DNA of 64,000 nucleotides from Squalus acanthias (lineage: Eukaryota), in NCBI GenBank assembly GCA_030390025.1, contig CM059427.1, forward strand, positions 3,720,001 through 3,784,000. The letters are read 5' to 3'. A program made the position numbers and the translations under genes. The notes beneath the pieces were generated by a model. The model saw only the letters and a list, made by a program, of their open reading frames with translations. It did no database searches and was not told where the DNA came from. Shown one piece after another: positions 12,159-25,117 of the stretch. Position 1 is the first letter of the stretch, and each line of letters starts with the position of its first letter.

Positions 12159-14274
12159 CAATTAAATATTGACTGCAGCCCTTTAAGGTCTGATGTTTAC
12201 CCACCCCCTCCTTGACAAGCTCCAAGCACCAGGTCCAATACAGACAGTGAGCTGACCATGCCTGGCTAATTAGGCCCAACCTCACCTTTAACGCTGCAAC
12301 CAGAAAATCAGCCCGACATTTTTTTTCCCACTTTGTTTACATTGCTTTCTCTATCTCACACTCCAGTGACCATTTGGAACAGTGTAGAAATTATCTCTTG
12401 CTTCTAACAGCTGGATCTAGCCTTTGAACGGCTCCCCTCCCCCACCGCATGTGTTCACTTAAACACAGCATTCTGATCCGATCTGGCACGCTCGCAAGTG
12501 ACGGCACTGACATCCATCATCAGTCACCTGCCGTAACAGTGAGTAAAGGTCAAAACACACTGCAGTCCTTTCTGTTGTGAGGCTGGTTACATCACTCTGG
12601 CATACAGCTCAAGAACTGCTTGTATCTGGCAAGAGAATTGGCAGCTTCAAGAGTGATAGCTGATGTGACTCCTCAGATGTTTCTGTGCACTGTAAACACC
12701 CACATCCATAAACCCTACCTGTTCTCTCTGACAGCTGGAGTGTTCTTTTTGGTTGCTTATTAGTTGCAGCTGTAGCTGGAAAGTGTGCAGACACTGGCCT
12801 CACTTACTTTCAAGTGTTCCCAGGGAGTTGAAGGACGTGATAAGCTGTTATGTGCAAAGTATGCATTAAACATCTTTCAAAGCACTCCAGATAAAATACC
12901 CTCATTAATCCCTTCAAATTGAGCAAGCAGATAAAATGTGCTAGGAATAAGCAGATAAAAGCAGTAAAGAATGACATAATTATACATTAAACTTTATATC
13001 CAGGAAACTTTATGATTATACTGTCCTTTTAGATAATTCAGACGAATTTTATGACAGAGCTATTATTATTTACTACTTTTCTATAATTTTAACAGTAAAA
13101 TGGCTGTCATAATGAAGTGATGGTTTTTCTTGATCACTCTGTAATAACAGGGCTTTGTGAATTACTGACACTTCCAGTATGTACGACAATGCAAGTCCAC
13201 AATTAGATTTCTGGATAGTTAATATACTGCTCATGGCATGCTGGTGAAAGCGGCTGAAGATCGAGTGATGTTGAGCAGCTAACTAGAAATAAAGCCAGCT
13301 CAGGCCCCTCCTTTTGCTGCTTTCGAGCCAATAATTTGGCGATAACTGGGAATGCTTTAAGCTGACTTGCTGTTCAACTATTTCTTTCCTCTCTCCGGCC
13401 TTTCCCAGATGGTCTGAGAGCTGAGATCAAGAGCTGACCCTATGAGGATTCATTAAGACAATTTTCTGTGCGTCTGCATGAAAATACACAAATATCAAAA
13501 GAAAGAAATACTTGCATTTATATAGCGCCTTGCACGACCACCAGACGTCCCAAAGCGCTTTACAGTCAATGAAGTAATATCCTGTATCATCAAGTCACTA
13601 ATTCTTTATATTGATACCTTAAAAGATAAATACCATAAATCATTACTGTTGGGGCACTCCAATGGTATAATAGGGTTAGAAGTAGGATGGGAGGAGGCTC
13701 ATGTGGAGCATAAACCCCAGCAGAGAGCGGTCGGGCCGAATGGTCTGCTTCTGTGCTGTAACATTCTATGTAATACATTCCTGTAGCAACAATGTGCAGC
13801 ATAGAGGAGCAAGTGGTGAGTTTGTCTTCACAACAACCGATACAGAGCGTTCCTGACCTCTACTGAGTAATCAGAGGTAGTACTAACCAAATGCAAAGAG
13901 CTTCTCCCGCAGGAATGAAGAAAGAATAGAGACAAGTTTGTTGTCATTCCCATCCCTCCACTGACAGGTCTGGTGCAGAGCATCTTCACGCGCCTTCAAG
14001 TAGGAGGTGGTATCTAGATGCTATAAAGAAAAAAAAATACTACCTTTACAATGTGAATGTGAGCTCCCCAATGGAACAGTTGGTAAAGGAGCTGGAGCAG
14101 TGTGGAACTGAGCCATTAAGACCAGGTTGGTCTGTGCTGGGTGAGCTGATTACAGCTGCGGCAATGATTGGGGTACTACGATTGACTTTAATGCCACTGT
14201 GCAAAGGAGAGGAAACCAATCAGGTAGGGTTCCCACTCCTGACAACCATCTAGTGACCCTGCTATGAAGTCTAA

Positions 14275-14932
14275 GGGCTGGATTTTCATTGACCCGTGGA
14301 GGCGGGTTTGGAGGTGTGTGGCGGGTTAAAATTGCAAAAAGTGGCGGGCGGGCACAAGTCCGCCTCCATCCCGCCTCCACGCAATTTTGATGAAATCGTG
14401 TCTGCTGGTCCCGCCTGCGTCCCGCCTTTAAGAGACGGGATAGGCTGTTAAGGCCCTTAACAAGCACTAAATTGGCTCTATAATGTCATTTTGAAAGGCC
14501 TTTGTGATTTTAACCCTTGTTCTATGTGAAGCACGCCTGTTCTGAACCACGATTGTGAAACCTGGCGGGAGCACATGTGGATAGCTGAATATCAGTGGCT
14601 GCGCTGAGTATCAGTGAGTGGCTGGCTGGAATCTGGGAATGGTGGAGCAAAAAAAAATTCTCTCTCTCTCTCTCTCCCAGACTAGAGCTGCTGCTCATTT
14701 TGCATCCAGGTCCTCTCACAGCAAAGGCCAGGCAGTCTCTGACCTTCAATGCAGCATCAATGATGACATCATCAGAGGCGACTTTCAGACTGAAAACACT
14801 AATTGGTTCATGGGTTCCCACATGCTGGAACTCAATTGCCCAATTAGGTGAAAATTGCATCAATCTCCCACATCCAATTGCAGTCGGGTGGATAACACGA
14901 CCCCAACCCGCCCCAGTATCAAAATCCAGCCC
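14275..14932. mobile_element. PIF/Harbinger MITE inserted into an older SINE
   Basis: Perfect 12-bp TIRs GGGCTGGATTTT/AAAATCCAGCCC with TAA duplication at 14272-74 and 14933-35. Confidence 0.88.
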
Positions 14933-15676
14933 TAAGTGTGTGAATGTTGGGTGAGGACAAGGCCAACCTTGGCTCCAATGAATAGCATGCCAATTAGGTG
15001 CCGTTTTTTAACTTTCGCCCAAAGCGGGCACAAAGTGGGCGGCCTGTCTGTTGCGCCCGCCCGATGGCTGTAGCGAGAGGCCAGAATAATTTTCATGATC
15101 AGGTCTCGTTTCCATACCATCGGTGAGCTGCTCATGCATTTCGGGCAGCTCGCTGATTGGTGAAGGGACGGAAATCCGGTGGCTCCAGCGTAGAGTTCAG
15201 GTAAGTGGAATAGGGGACTAGGGTGGGGGGGTTGGGGCAGGTGGGAGGTGATCCTGAGGAAGGGCCGGGGAGGGTCAGACACCATGGGGGCTTATGTTTC
15301 ATTTTTACACCTGAAACGTACCTGTTTCTGAGCGGCCTGCTGCGGTTTAAGGATTGCTGGTTAGTCCGGTCCTCGCCCAGTACCACTGGGCAGAATGTAG
15401 ACTTCACCCATTGGGACTGAAAATTGCAAATGGGGCACAATTTGCAGAGGCAATTAGGTGGGAGCTCTGGCCACCCATTTCAAGACTCGTCTGGAAATCA
15501 TATTGGGCGGCGTTCAGGCGTATAATGGACGGGTGATTTCCCCCACCCCCCCCCCCCCCCCAATTTTCAACTGCCTGCTGGTGTTTAAAGGGGCAATGGC
15601 AGCAGTGGAGGTGATAGACAACCTGGGGAAGAAGGGTGGCAGTCGGGGCCTAAAGAAGAGCAGCCAACTTTGTGAA

Positions 15677-15950
15677 CTCTGAAATAAAAACAGAAAATGC
15701 TGGAAACACTCAGCAGGTCCGGCAGCATCTGTGGAGAGAGGAACAGAGTCAACGTTTCAGGTCGATGACCCTTCGTCAGAACTGGACAAAGCTGGAGATG
15801 GAACAGGCTTTTAAGCAAGTGCAGGGGCAGGGAAAGGCGGGAGGGGAGAAAAGAACAAAAGGGAAGGTCTGTGATAGGATGGAAGGCAGGAAAGATTAAG
15901 AGACAAAAGGGATAATGGTGCAAGGCAAAAGGAGATGGTAATGGGACAAC
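15677..15950 (-). mobile_element. PLE 3' fragment (family B)
   Basis: Shares ~100 bp with 5630-5734; pyrimidine-rich UTR upstream of a hammerhead on the minus strand. Confidence 0.7.
15747..15783 (-). ncRNA. Minimal type I hammerhead ribozyme (family B)
   Basis: Minus strand AGTT-CTGACGA-A-GGGTC-ATC-GACCT-GAAA-CGTT-GACT; palindromic AACGTT stem III; GUU cleavage triplet. Confidence 0.8.
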
Positions 15951-16639
15951 TTGTATACGAGCTGGAAGTACACTGCCTGTCATACTGGTATAGGCAGAAA
16001 AATAGGCATCCAGGGCCTGCGCCTGAAACAGACGTTAGCCCCTTTGCATATGCAAAACTTTCAGATGTCTTCACCAGCGAGCTGCCTGGGGACACCCAGT
16101 GGGTGTCGGCAGCTCGCTCATCTGATGTCAATGAGGCCCAAGGCCCAATATCAGGTGGGTCTCAGGCCTACCTGTTCCCTGTGCTGAGTTTGTGTCGGCG
16201 GGCCAGTGCAACGAATTTCTAGGCCTTTGAATCAGAAAAGATTTTAGTGTGTTCCAATAAAGAACAGTGGATGGCACTGCCTGACAACAGTCATTAGAAT
16301 GGAAAAAACATTCTTTCAGATCCCATTGTTCTCAGTACCTGACTGTTCTCCAAACCTGTATGAGCAGATAAATAAACAAAGTGTACCAGCTACCTTCAAT
16401 GAATTACAGCACTGAGGAGTCCAGGTGATCTAATCATAAGTTATGAGAGCAAAGATCAAGCGGCCTGGAATGCATCCCATAATTACATTCTCACCGATTT
16501 CACCACTCCTTGTTTGAGTCCTGCCAATCAGACTAAAGGCCCGCTTCAGTCTCTGAGACCACGCTGGTCAAAGTCATAAAACACATCCTGTGTGCCTGGG
16601 ACCACATCTCATTGTCCCTCTTTGACCTCTCCAATGCCT

Positions 16640-17742
16640 TGGAGACCAGGAAATCTCAGCTTATATCTCCTCCAGCAGCTTCCCTCCTCTGCCCACATCG
16701 TCACTTCTGATGTATACCAGGGTCTATCCTTGGTCCCTTGTTCTCGATCATATACATTTAACCCCTTGGGGACATCATCTGGGAACATGGAGTCTGCTTC
16801 CACAGGCTTGCTGACAACACTCAGCTCTACCTCTTTGCTCCTCCAACACCCAAGGCTATTTTCTTTCCCTCCAACTACCCACCAGATATTTAGAAAGCTG
16901 TCCTCTTCAGTGCCCACAGCACTAATGCACGTCCGCCCTTGATTCCATCTGTTTTCCCACATCCCACCTCAGGCTAAGCCCAGAGGGGCAAAGTCTTGGC
17001 GTACTGCTTGGCCCTGAGTTCAGCTTCCTCCCCTGCATGTGATCTGTTATCAAGACTGTTTCATTCACCTTCATAAAATTGCCTGGCTCCACCCCTTCCT
17101 CTCCACCATGCTTTTCTTATATTGAAGCTTGATTATTCCAATGTTCTCCTTGATGGCCTCTGCAGTTCCACCGTCACAAACTACAACTCACCTGCACAAA
17201 GGCCTGAGGGCTTGGGTGTAAAGGAACACCTGGACAGAGTACATAGAGCAAAATTGGATTGGGGAGGGGGAGGGAATCACATGTCCGTTATAGAGCCCGC
17301 CTGATTTTCATGTGCTTTATGACAGCTATGCGACCTCCTGGCACAATTTTCCTCTATGTGCTCCAAGTGCTACAAGAGAAAAATCCGTCTCTGGACTCCC
17401 GTTAGCCCATCCTCATCAAACTCCACAGGCTCCCTGTGTCTCAGAGAACCGACTTAGTCAAATCCCTTCATGCCTCATCTCATCCTCCCTCAGTGATTTC
17501 CTCCAGCTATACACCATCTTCTCTTTTAGCCTCTATCCCCTGCCCTTTGGAGCTTTCTGCCTCGCCAACTCTGCCTTTCATCTCCCTCACTGCTTTCAAC
17601 AACTTACTAAAAACCCATCTCTTCAACCATGCTTTGCCCACCAGCCTCTCTTTTCCTTTTCTCCCATGCTGGGCGTCCACTGCCTTGTAAGGTACCCTTA
17701 GATATCTCTCTGTGGGGGGACATAAAAATGTAAGTTATTGCT
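16640..17742 (+). mobile_element. Highly decayed L2 LINE
   Basis: Remnants QGLSLVP, ADNTQLYL, KLDYSNVLLDGL, LLKTHLF and tail AAATGTAAGTTATTG. Confidence 0.65.
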
Positions 17743-18070
17743 TATCTTCACGAGCTGAGTCATGAGATTGGATTAGTGCCTGATGCCCTTGTTATACTCC
17801 AGGCTCCAATGTGAGCAAGATGCACTAAATAACGCTGCCTCTTTCTTACTGCATTTGCTGGATTTCACTTAATTGGAAACTCAGATACCACTGTATATAT
17901 GTAAGGATGTACGCACAATGCACAATATCGCACTTCGGTGCCTGCACATGCGCAACGCTGTTCTGAGTTTTAGAGCAAACTGGAGCAACCAGTTTGTGCA
18001 GCCATACAAGTGTGCACACTTAAATCTACTTAGCAAGGTGATTCAACCACCCTAGTTGGGGAAGGGGAGT

Positions 18071-18600
18071 TACAAGGCACAAGTCAGGAGTGTGATGGAA
18101 TACTCTCCAATTGGCTGGATGGGTGCAGCTCCAACAACACTCAAGAAGCACAACACCATTCAGGACTAAGCAGTCTGCTGAATTGGGAGCCCATCCACCA
18201 CCTAAAACATCCACTACCTACACCACCGGTGCACCATGGCTGCAGTGTGTACCATCTACAGGATGCACTGCAGAAACTCGGCCAAGGCTTCTTCGGCAGC
18301 ACTTCCCAAACCCGCGACCTCTACCACCTAGAAGGACAAGGACAGCAAGCACATGGGAACACCACCACCTCTAAGTTCCCCTCCAAGTCACACTCCATCC
18401 TGACTTGGAAGTATTTCAGCATTCCTTCATTGTCACTGTGTCAAAATCATGGAGCTCCCTACCCAACAGCACTGTGGGAGTACTTACAATGCACGGAATG
18501 CAGCGGTTCAAGAAGGCAGCTCACCACCACCTTCTCAAGGGCAACTAGGGATGGGCAATAAATGCTGGCCTTGCCAGCGACGCCCACATCCCATGAACGA
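18071..18600 (+). mobile_element. CR1-group LINE 3' end (distinct from the HER1-like family)
   Basis: YKAQVRSVMEYSPIGWMGAAPTTLKKHNTIQD..CSVYHLQDALQ; 3' UTR shared with 41175-41603 and SINE tails. Confidence 0.8.
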
Positions 18601-19585
18601 TTTTTTTAAACTCGTGCTGGTAAGCAGTGAGCTTCCTCGTATTGTGACACCATGGTGCATTATGAATTGCGATCCCTGGTACTCATTCAAGCTGTTAAAC
18701 TGAAGCCGACACTCTGATGCTGTAGTGTACCTGGAAACAAAGCAGTTGAACTGGAATGTGATTCGACACCACTACGCTTGCAGTTGCTACCAGCATAAAT
18801 TCAGCAAGAGAATGAATTAACTAGTCTAGTATTATTGAAGATACACAGTGGATTGAAAATACTTTTTGGAAAATTTTGTTTTTTTTGTTTTTAGCAATAG
18901 CACCGTGTTAACAAGGTTGATTTTCTTTTCATGTTCTGTATTCTTTGAAGAACAGGGTTGCATAATATAGAAGCTAAAAGAACGCAAATACTTTTGTCAT
19001 TTTGCAGTATTGGCAAACATTTTGAAGAGCGAACCACTGCCCATTGTATCAAAAGCCCTGGGTGTTTTCGAGGTATCTGATTCACAGGGATGTAGGGTAG
19101 GATTGATTCCTAACTTGAAATCATTCGTTGCAAAGACTGGACCTGAAATCAAAGAGTCTGCACATCTTGACAGCCACCTGCCCTGGAAAGTGCGGGATTC
19201 AGTTCACTGCCTCAGTTGCCTCTAGCCTGAAATGTTTCCCAGTTGTAAAATACAAGCCAATCCCACCTGCAACATGCCATTTGCAATGTGTCAAGTTTGT
19301 GAATGCCTCTAAAACCCATTTCAGTATGTACAGTCCCATCTAATTAGTGCAGCAGAATAGACAGGAACTATCAACGCTATGCACAAGGAGTACCATGGGA
19401 GCAGATAAACCATCAGATTTATTACTTTACTACATCATTCTTTGAAATGCATTGCCAAATAGAAAGCTTTAAATTTTCAGTCAGTGAATGGTAAAAATTC
19501 TACAGGGAGAAATTGGTTCCCCTGAAATAGAAAAATCTCATGAAAAAGAGCAAGCCATGTAGTTGGAGAACATTCCTGAAACAAT

Positions 19586-21556
19586 GGCCACGATTTTCAT
19601 CCTACCCCATCCCTACCTCAACAAGCGGGAGAGGGTCGTGGTAGGGGTTTAAAATATCAGGCTCGGACAACGCGACACCAACTCAACCCCATTCCCGCCT
19701 GTTTAAATTTTAAAATGCAGATATCAGGCCATGGACAAGGCTCTCGCAAAAGGCACCGCAACGTAAATTTAACCGTAAGCGAGGGGGAGGCACTACCAGT
19801 TGTATTCCCGACAGCTGACCTAAGGTGAGAACTGCCGGCACACCAAGGTAAGTGGCTCTTTTAGCACTCCTTGTCGGCCAGGAGGAGAAGGCGTGCTTTC
19901 TCCCAGGCTCCTCAAGGAAGCCCTCCCAATCGCAGCCTTCCCCCAGACCTCCTAAGCACCAGCCTCCTCCAGCCCCGATCTCCAGCCTCCCCTCAACCCC
20001 GATCTCCAAACTCCCCTCAACCCGATCTCCAAACTCCCCTCAACCCCGATCTCCAGCCTCCCCTAAATCCCGATCTCCAACCTAACCTCAACCCCGATCT
20101 CCAACCTCCTCAACCCCGATCTCCAACCTCCTCAACCCCGATCTCCAACCTCCTCAACCCCGATCTCCAACCTCCCCCCAACCGAATCTCCAACCTCCTC
20201 AACCCCAATCTCCAGCCTCCCCTCAACCCCGATCTCCAACCTCCTCAACCCCGATCTCCAACCTCCTCAACCCTGATCTCCAACCTCCTCAACCCCGATC
20301 TCCAACCTCCCCCCAACCGAATCTCCAACCTCCTCAACCCCGATCTCCAGCCTCCCCTCAACCCCGATCTCCAACCTCCTCAACCCTGATCTCCAAACTC
20401 CCCTCAACCCCGATCTCCAGCCTCCTCAACCCCGATCTCCAACCTCCTCAACCCCGATCTCCAACCTCCTCAACCCCGATCTCCAGCCTCCTCAACCCCG
20501 ATCTCCAACCCCCTCAACCCTGATCTCCAGCCTCCCCTCAACCCCGATCTCCAGCCTCCTCAACCCCGATCTCCAAACTCCCCTCAACCCCGATCTCCAA
20601 CCTCCTCAACCCCGTTCTCCAACCTCCACAACCCCGATCTCCAACCTCCCCCCAGCCCTCCTGCTACTGGCCACCCCACAGCCCTCGCGATCACCGACGG
20701 GCTGAGAGAGGCTGATGTTCAGGAGGGCTGGGGGGAGGCTGTGATCGGGAGGGCTGGGGGAGGCTGTGATCGGGAGGGCTGGGGGAGGCTGTGATCGGGA
20801 GGGCTGGGGGGAGGCTGTGATCGGGAGGGCTGGGGGGAGGTTGGTGATCGGGAGGGCTGGGGGGAGGCTGGTGATCGGGAGGGCTGGGGGAGGCTGTGAT
20901 CGGGAGGGCTGGGGGGAGGCTGTGATCGGGAGGGCTGGGGGAGGCTGTGATCGGGTGGGCTGGGGGGAGGTTGGTGATCGGGAGGGCTGGGGGGAGGCTG
21001 GTGATCGGGAGGGCTGGGGGAGGCTGTGATCGGGAGGGCTGGGGGAGGCTGTGATCGGGAGGGCTGGGGGGAGGCTGGTGATCGGGAGGGCTGGGGGGGA
21101 GGCTTTGATCGAGAGGGCTGGTGGAGGCTGCGAATGGGAGGGCTGGGGGTGGCTGGTAATCAGGATGGCTGGGGGGGAGGCCATAATCCATGAGGCTTCC
21201 TTGAGGGGCCTGAGGGTGGGGGGGCACTCCTGCTCCTCCTGATCCACAGGGAGTGCTAAAAGAGCCGGCAGCTCCCACCTAGGATAAACTGCCAGGAGTC
21301 CCACATGTTAGGCCTCCCTGTCACTTACAGTTAAAGTTAAGTCGTGGCGCCAATGATGCGACTATGGTATGTTAATTAGGTCCCTGCCTGCCTTTTGGGG
21401 AAGCCTCGTCCATGGCCTGATTTCTGCGCTTTAAAATTTAAAGGGGAGGGAATGGGGTCGGGTTGGGGTCGGGTTGCCCAATTCTGATATTTTAACGCCC
21501 CTCCCCCCTCACCCCGACCATGTCCTGCCCATCAGGGAGGGATTAAAATTGAGGCT
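19586..21556. mobile_element. Foldback-like non-autonomous DNA transposon with inverted internal C-rich and G-rich tandem arrays
   Basis: Ends GGCCACGATTTT / AAAATTGAGGCT; 19856-19925 is the inverted homolog of 21192-21267; arrays at 19970-20650 and 20720-21125. Confidence 0.65.
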
Positions 21557-21689
21557 ATTGTTTCCGAAGAGATTAGTTTATGAATTTACCGCCCTTCAAG
21601 CGCGGACCATGTCCTGTGGTTCTATTGTTCTGACAAGGTGAAATAGCTTGTCATGGCTTTCTATAACTGACTTTTAAAAAATATCTATT

Positions 21690-21950
21690 TGTTCTTGAGG
21701 CGTGGGTAGCACAGGCAAGGGATTGGAGTGATATGTAGGCCAGATCATGTAAAGGTGGCAGGTCCCTTCCTGAAGGCTGGTCATGAACTAGTTGGGTTTT
21801 TACAGCAATTCAGCTTTTTTTTCCTTCTTTTACCAGTGCTAGCCCACAAATTACTGGATTTATAGAACTGAATTTCATAATTTACCATGGTGGGATTGTG
21901 AACTCGAGCCCCAAAGTTGCCAGTCTATTACTATAACCACTAGGCTACGA
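21690..21950 (-). mobile_element. tRNA-SINE copy (family of 4323-4733), internally deleted
   Basis: Shared TGGAGT..ATGTAGGCCA..TAA.GGTGGCAGGT..CTTCC..CCATGGTGGGATT blocks. Confidence 0.6.
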
Positions 21951-22826
21951 TATCCACTATGTATAGGTGCATGCATAGTCTATTTGCTTTATTAATACCC
22001 CAAAAAGGCTTATATTGCATTACGAAAGAGGAAAATAGACAGTATATTTGTTCTTTAAAATATAATTATTATCTCAATGACAATGTTGATGGATCCCCCA
22101 GGAACAACAAGTAATTATTTTCTTGCCTTTTAAGTCGTTGTGGTTCCATTGAAATGCTCTCAGACACAAATAAACACAAGATGAAATATTTCTGCAAAAT
22201 ACAGAAACAGATGGCAATTTTTACGTTATTATTCTATTGTGGTATTATGTTTGTAAGGTTGAGAACCCTTACATTCCTCCTGGATAAGGGAGTGTTTTAT
22301 CGTTTGCAAGTCTGAGCATGCATTTACTCTACAAGTTTAGCTTTGGTGCAAAACAATTTTAGCTTTACACTGGCACTAAACTTGTGCCGTATAAACGGGG
22401 TGTTAAGACTCAAACCAACTCCAAAAGGCAGTGGAATAAGACTCTCTGCTTGAGGAAATCTCACTCCATTTCGCTAAGATGTCCACTCCAGTCCTGACTT
22501 TGGATTCAGGCTGTATTTTCTCTTTATCTGCTGTATTACTACGAAGTAAAACCACTTTGCATTAACACTACAGTCGTAGTACAAAGTCACCAGTTATTGG
22601 AGAATGGAGAACATGGTTGTACAGGTCCATGGATGGCTCACGTTAATATGGGCAAATAAATCATTGGAGGCTTGCAGTTCTCACCAAGACTATACCTCCC
22701 ATAGGAATTGTCCAAGTTTGGATACCAACAACTGGTTAGGTTCTTGGTATACAGAATCTTTTTTACCATTCAGAGCTGGTAGTTGTGTCAATTTTGTCTT
22801 CTGCCCTCTGGGTCTTTGACACCCAT

Positions 22827-23581
22827 CAACAACAACAACAACTTGTATTTATATAGCACCTTTAATGTAGTAAAACATCCCAAGGCACTTCACAGGAGTA
22901 CAAAAGACAAAAATTTGTCACTGAGCCACATAAGGAGAAATTAGGGCAGGTGAAAGAGGTAGGTTTTAAGGAGCATCTTAAAGGAGGAAAGAGAGGTAGA
23001 GAGGCAGAGAGGTTTAGGGAGGGAATTCCAGAGCTTAGAGCCTAGGCAACAGAAGGCACGGCCACCAATGGTTGAGCAATTATAATCAGGGATGCTCAAG
23101 AGGCAGAATTAGAGGAGCGCAGATATCTCGGGGGGTTGTGGGGCTGAAGGAGATTACAGAGATAGGAAGGGGCGAGGCCATGGAGGGATTTGAAAACAAG
23201 GATGAAAATTTTGAAATCGAGGCGTTGCTTAACCGGGAGCCAATGTAGGTCAGCAAGCTCAGGGCTGATGGGTGAACGGGACTTGGTGCGAGTTAGGACA
23301 CGGGCAGCCGAGTTTTGGATCACCTCAAGTTTACATAGGGTAGAATGTGGGAGGCCAGCTAGGAGTGCGTTGGAATAGTCAAGTCTAGAGGTAACAAAGG
23401 TGTGGATGAGGGTTTCAGCAGCGGATGAGTTGAGGCAAGGGTGGGCGATGTTATGGAGGTGGAAGTAGGCGGTCTTTGTTATTCTGCGGATATGTGGTCG
23501 GAAGCTCATTTCAGGGTCATATATGACATCAAGGCTGCAAACAGTGTGATTCAGCCTCAGACAGATGTTAGGGAGAGGGAT
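22827..23581 (-). mobile_element. L2-clade LINE 3' fragment
   Basis: ORF 23096-23509 AYFHLHNIA..LIHTFVTSRLDYSNALLAGLP..IQNSAARVLT..LHWLPV; (TTG)n tail; same family as 6500-7108. Confidence 0.92.
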
Positions 23582-24150
23582 CAGTTTAACAAGCTAAGTT
23601 TTAATTATATGTAGAGGAAGTTCAGATGTTCTGATCCATCAACTCAGAGGGAATGAATGCTTACATTCCTATTGCATGTTTTGCTCATGATCACTATCTA
23701 AGTTAGAATTTCAAAATGCAACCAATCCCTTTTCCCTGTCACGTCGATCACATCTTTTGTTTGTAGGTTTTCTAAACATCAATTTCTTATTTCTGGAAGG
23801 ACATGCATTATTCCGATAGTGAGAGACTCCCCATGGACTGACCAAATTCCTTATGCTGGAATTAAAGGTGCTATTAACATTGCCTTGCCTGTTTAATTAA
23901 GTTTCTACGGGATTCAGCTCCCACCCGCCAGCAATCCCTCCTGTGCGACTGCTTAACACTTGATCTCTGCTACAGATGGTCCCCTTCAGGCCTGTTAACC
24001 CATCACTTTGCTCTTTGTTGTTCATTTTTCAGACTTCCCCAGAGATTGTCAACTAAGATCATGAGGGAAGCCCCCTCCTCTCCTCTTTATAGCTCCTCGG
24101 AGTTGTACAATGACATATTACTGTGTTGTTCCCCTTCTTTGGTTTATAAA

Positions 24151-24538
24151 AATGAGAAGTCGCACAACACCAGGTTATAGTCCAACAGATTTATTTAAAA
24201 TTACAAGCTTTCAGAGCTGTCGCTCCTTCTTCAGGTAGAGTAGCTGTGAGAGAATCTCCCAGAATTCACAATATAAACACAGAAAAAATGTATTCAAATC
24301 TTTCCCTACATCAAAGACACACTAAGAGCATAGCCAAGACAATGAGATGTGTCCCAGGGGGTCCAACGTGTCAAAACACCTGCTGGCCGCATATCCTCTC
24401 CATTTGGGTTTGGTTCTTGTGTTAGTTTTTTTTTAAATCCTGGAAAGACCAGCCATGATGTCAAGTCACGTTCTGTATCGTGACATGAACCCGATATCGC
24501 GATTGAGGCCATCCTCATGAGTGCGGAACTCCACATCA
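24151..24538 (-). mobile_element. PLE family A insertion with short inverted 3' tip
   Basis: Minus strand FRTHEDGLNRDIGFMSRY plus hammerhead (24201-24238); + strand CTCCACATCA tip at the right end; TSD TTGGTTTATAAA at 24139-24150 and 24539-24550. Confidence 0.85.
24201..24238 (-). ncRNA. Minimal hammerhead ribozyme
   Basis: CTAC-CTGAAGA-A-GGAGC-GACA-GCTCT-GAAA-GCTT-GTAA; G-U pair at the base of stem II. Confidence 0.7.
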
Positions 24539-25117
24539 TTGGTTTATAAAGGCAGGGATCTTGTTTTATACCATTAGTGAATTTATTAGCCTTCTTTTGC
24601 AAAGTTTCTCACTATTGATTTATATCTCAGCCCTGTCTTGGTCTATAGTTAATATTTTTATCCCATTTCTGTACTTCTATTTAGTGCACTAGGTATTTTC
24701 ATTCAGAACTGCATTCTAATCTTCTTCTTTATGGATATTTTCTCTCATCTACTGTAGACTAGCCACCCCTGATTCTCAATTATTACAATATTAGGACTAT
24801 GGAAGGAAGGTCCTCATGATAGATGTGGTGCGTTTCTTTGACTATTATGTCTTTGACATCAGCATTTATTTCTAATCGAACCTCTCTACTTTCCATCTAT
24901 GCTTTCCAGAGTGCAACTCTACACTGAGATGTTAGTTGCAATCTGAAGTCTAGATCTCAGGGATTAGACCCCTTTCCATCATTTCGCCCCTATGTGTATC
25001 ATGCCTGTGTAATCTTATCCCTTGTTAATTCATGATCTCCAGGCTCCTACTTTTCTTTTCATGGTGAGGAATTGGAAATTTCTCATACTCAATCCTATGG
25101 GAATTTTTGAACTATCT

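Larger units (their letters stand above)
14990..16225. mobile_element. Harbinger-type non-autonomous remnant interrupted by a PLE fragment
   Basis: Right end AATTTCTAGGCC is the reverse complement of the left TIR of the 7341 element; its own left TIR was not found. Confidence 0.4.

Noticed and set aside
19871-21304. Proline-rich or extensin-like proteins
   Set aside because: Translations of tandem arrays inside a transposon; several overlapping frames are open
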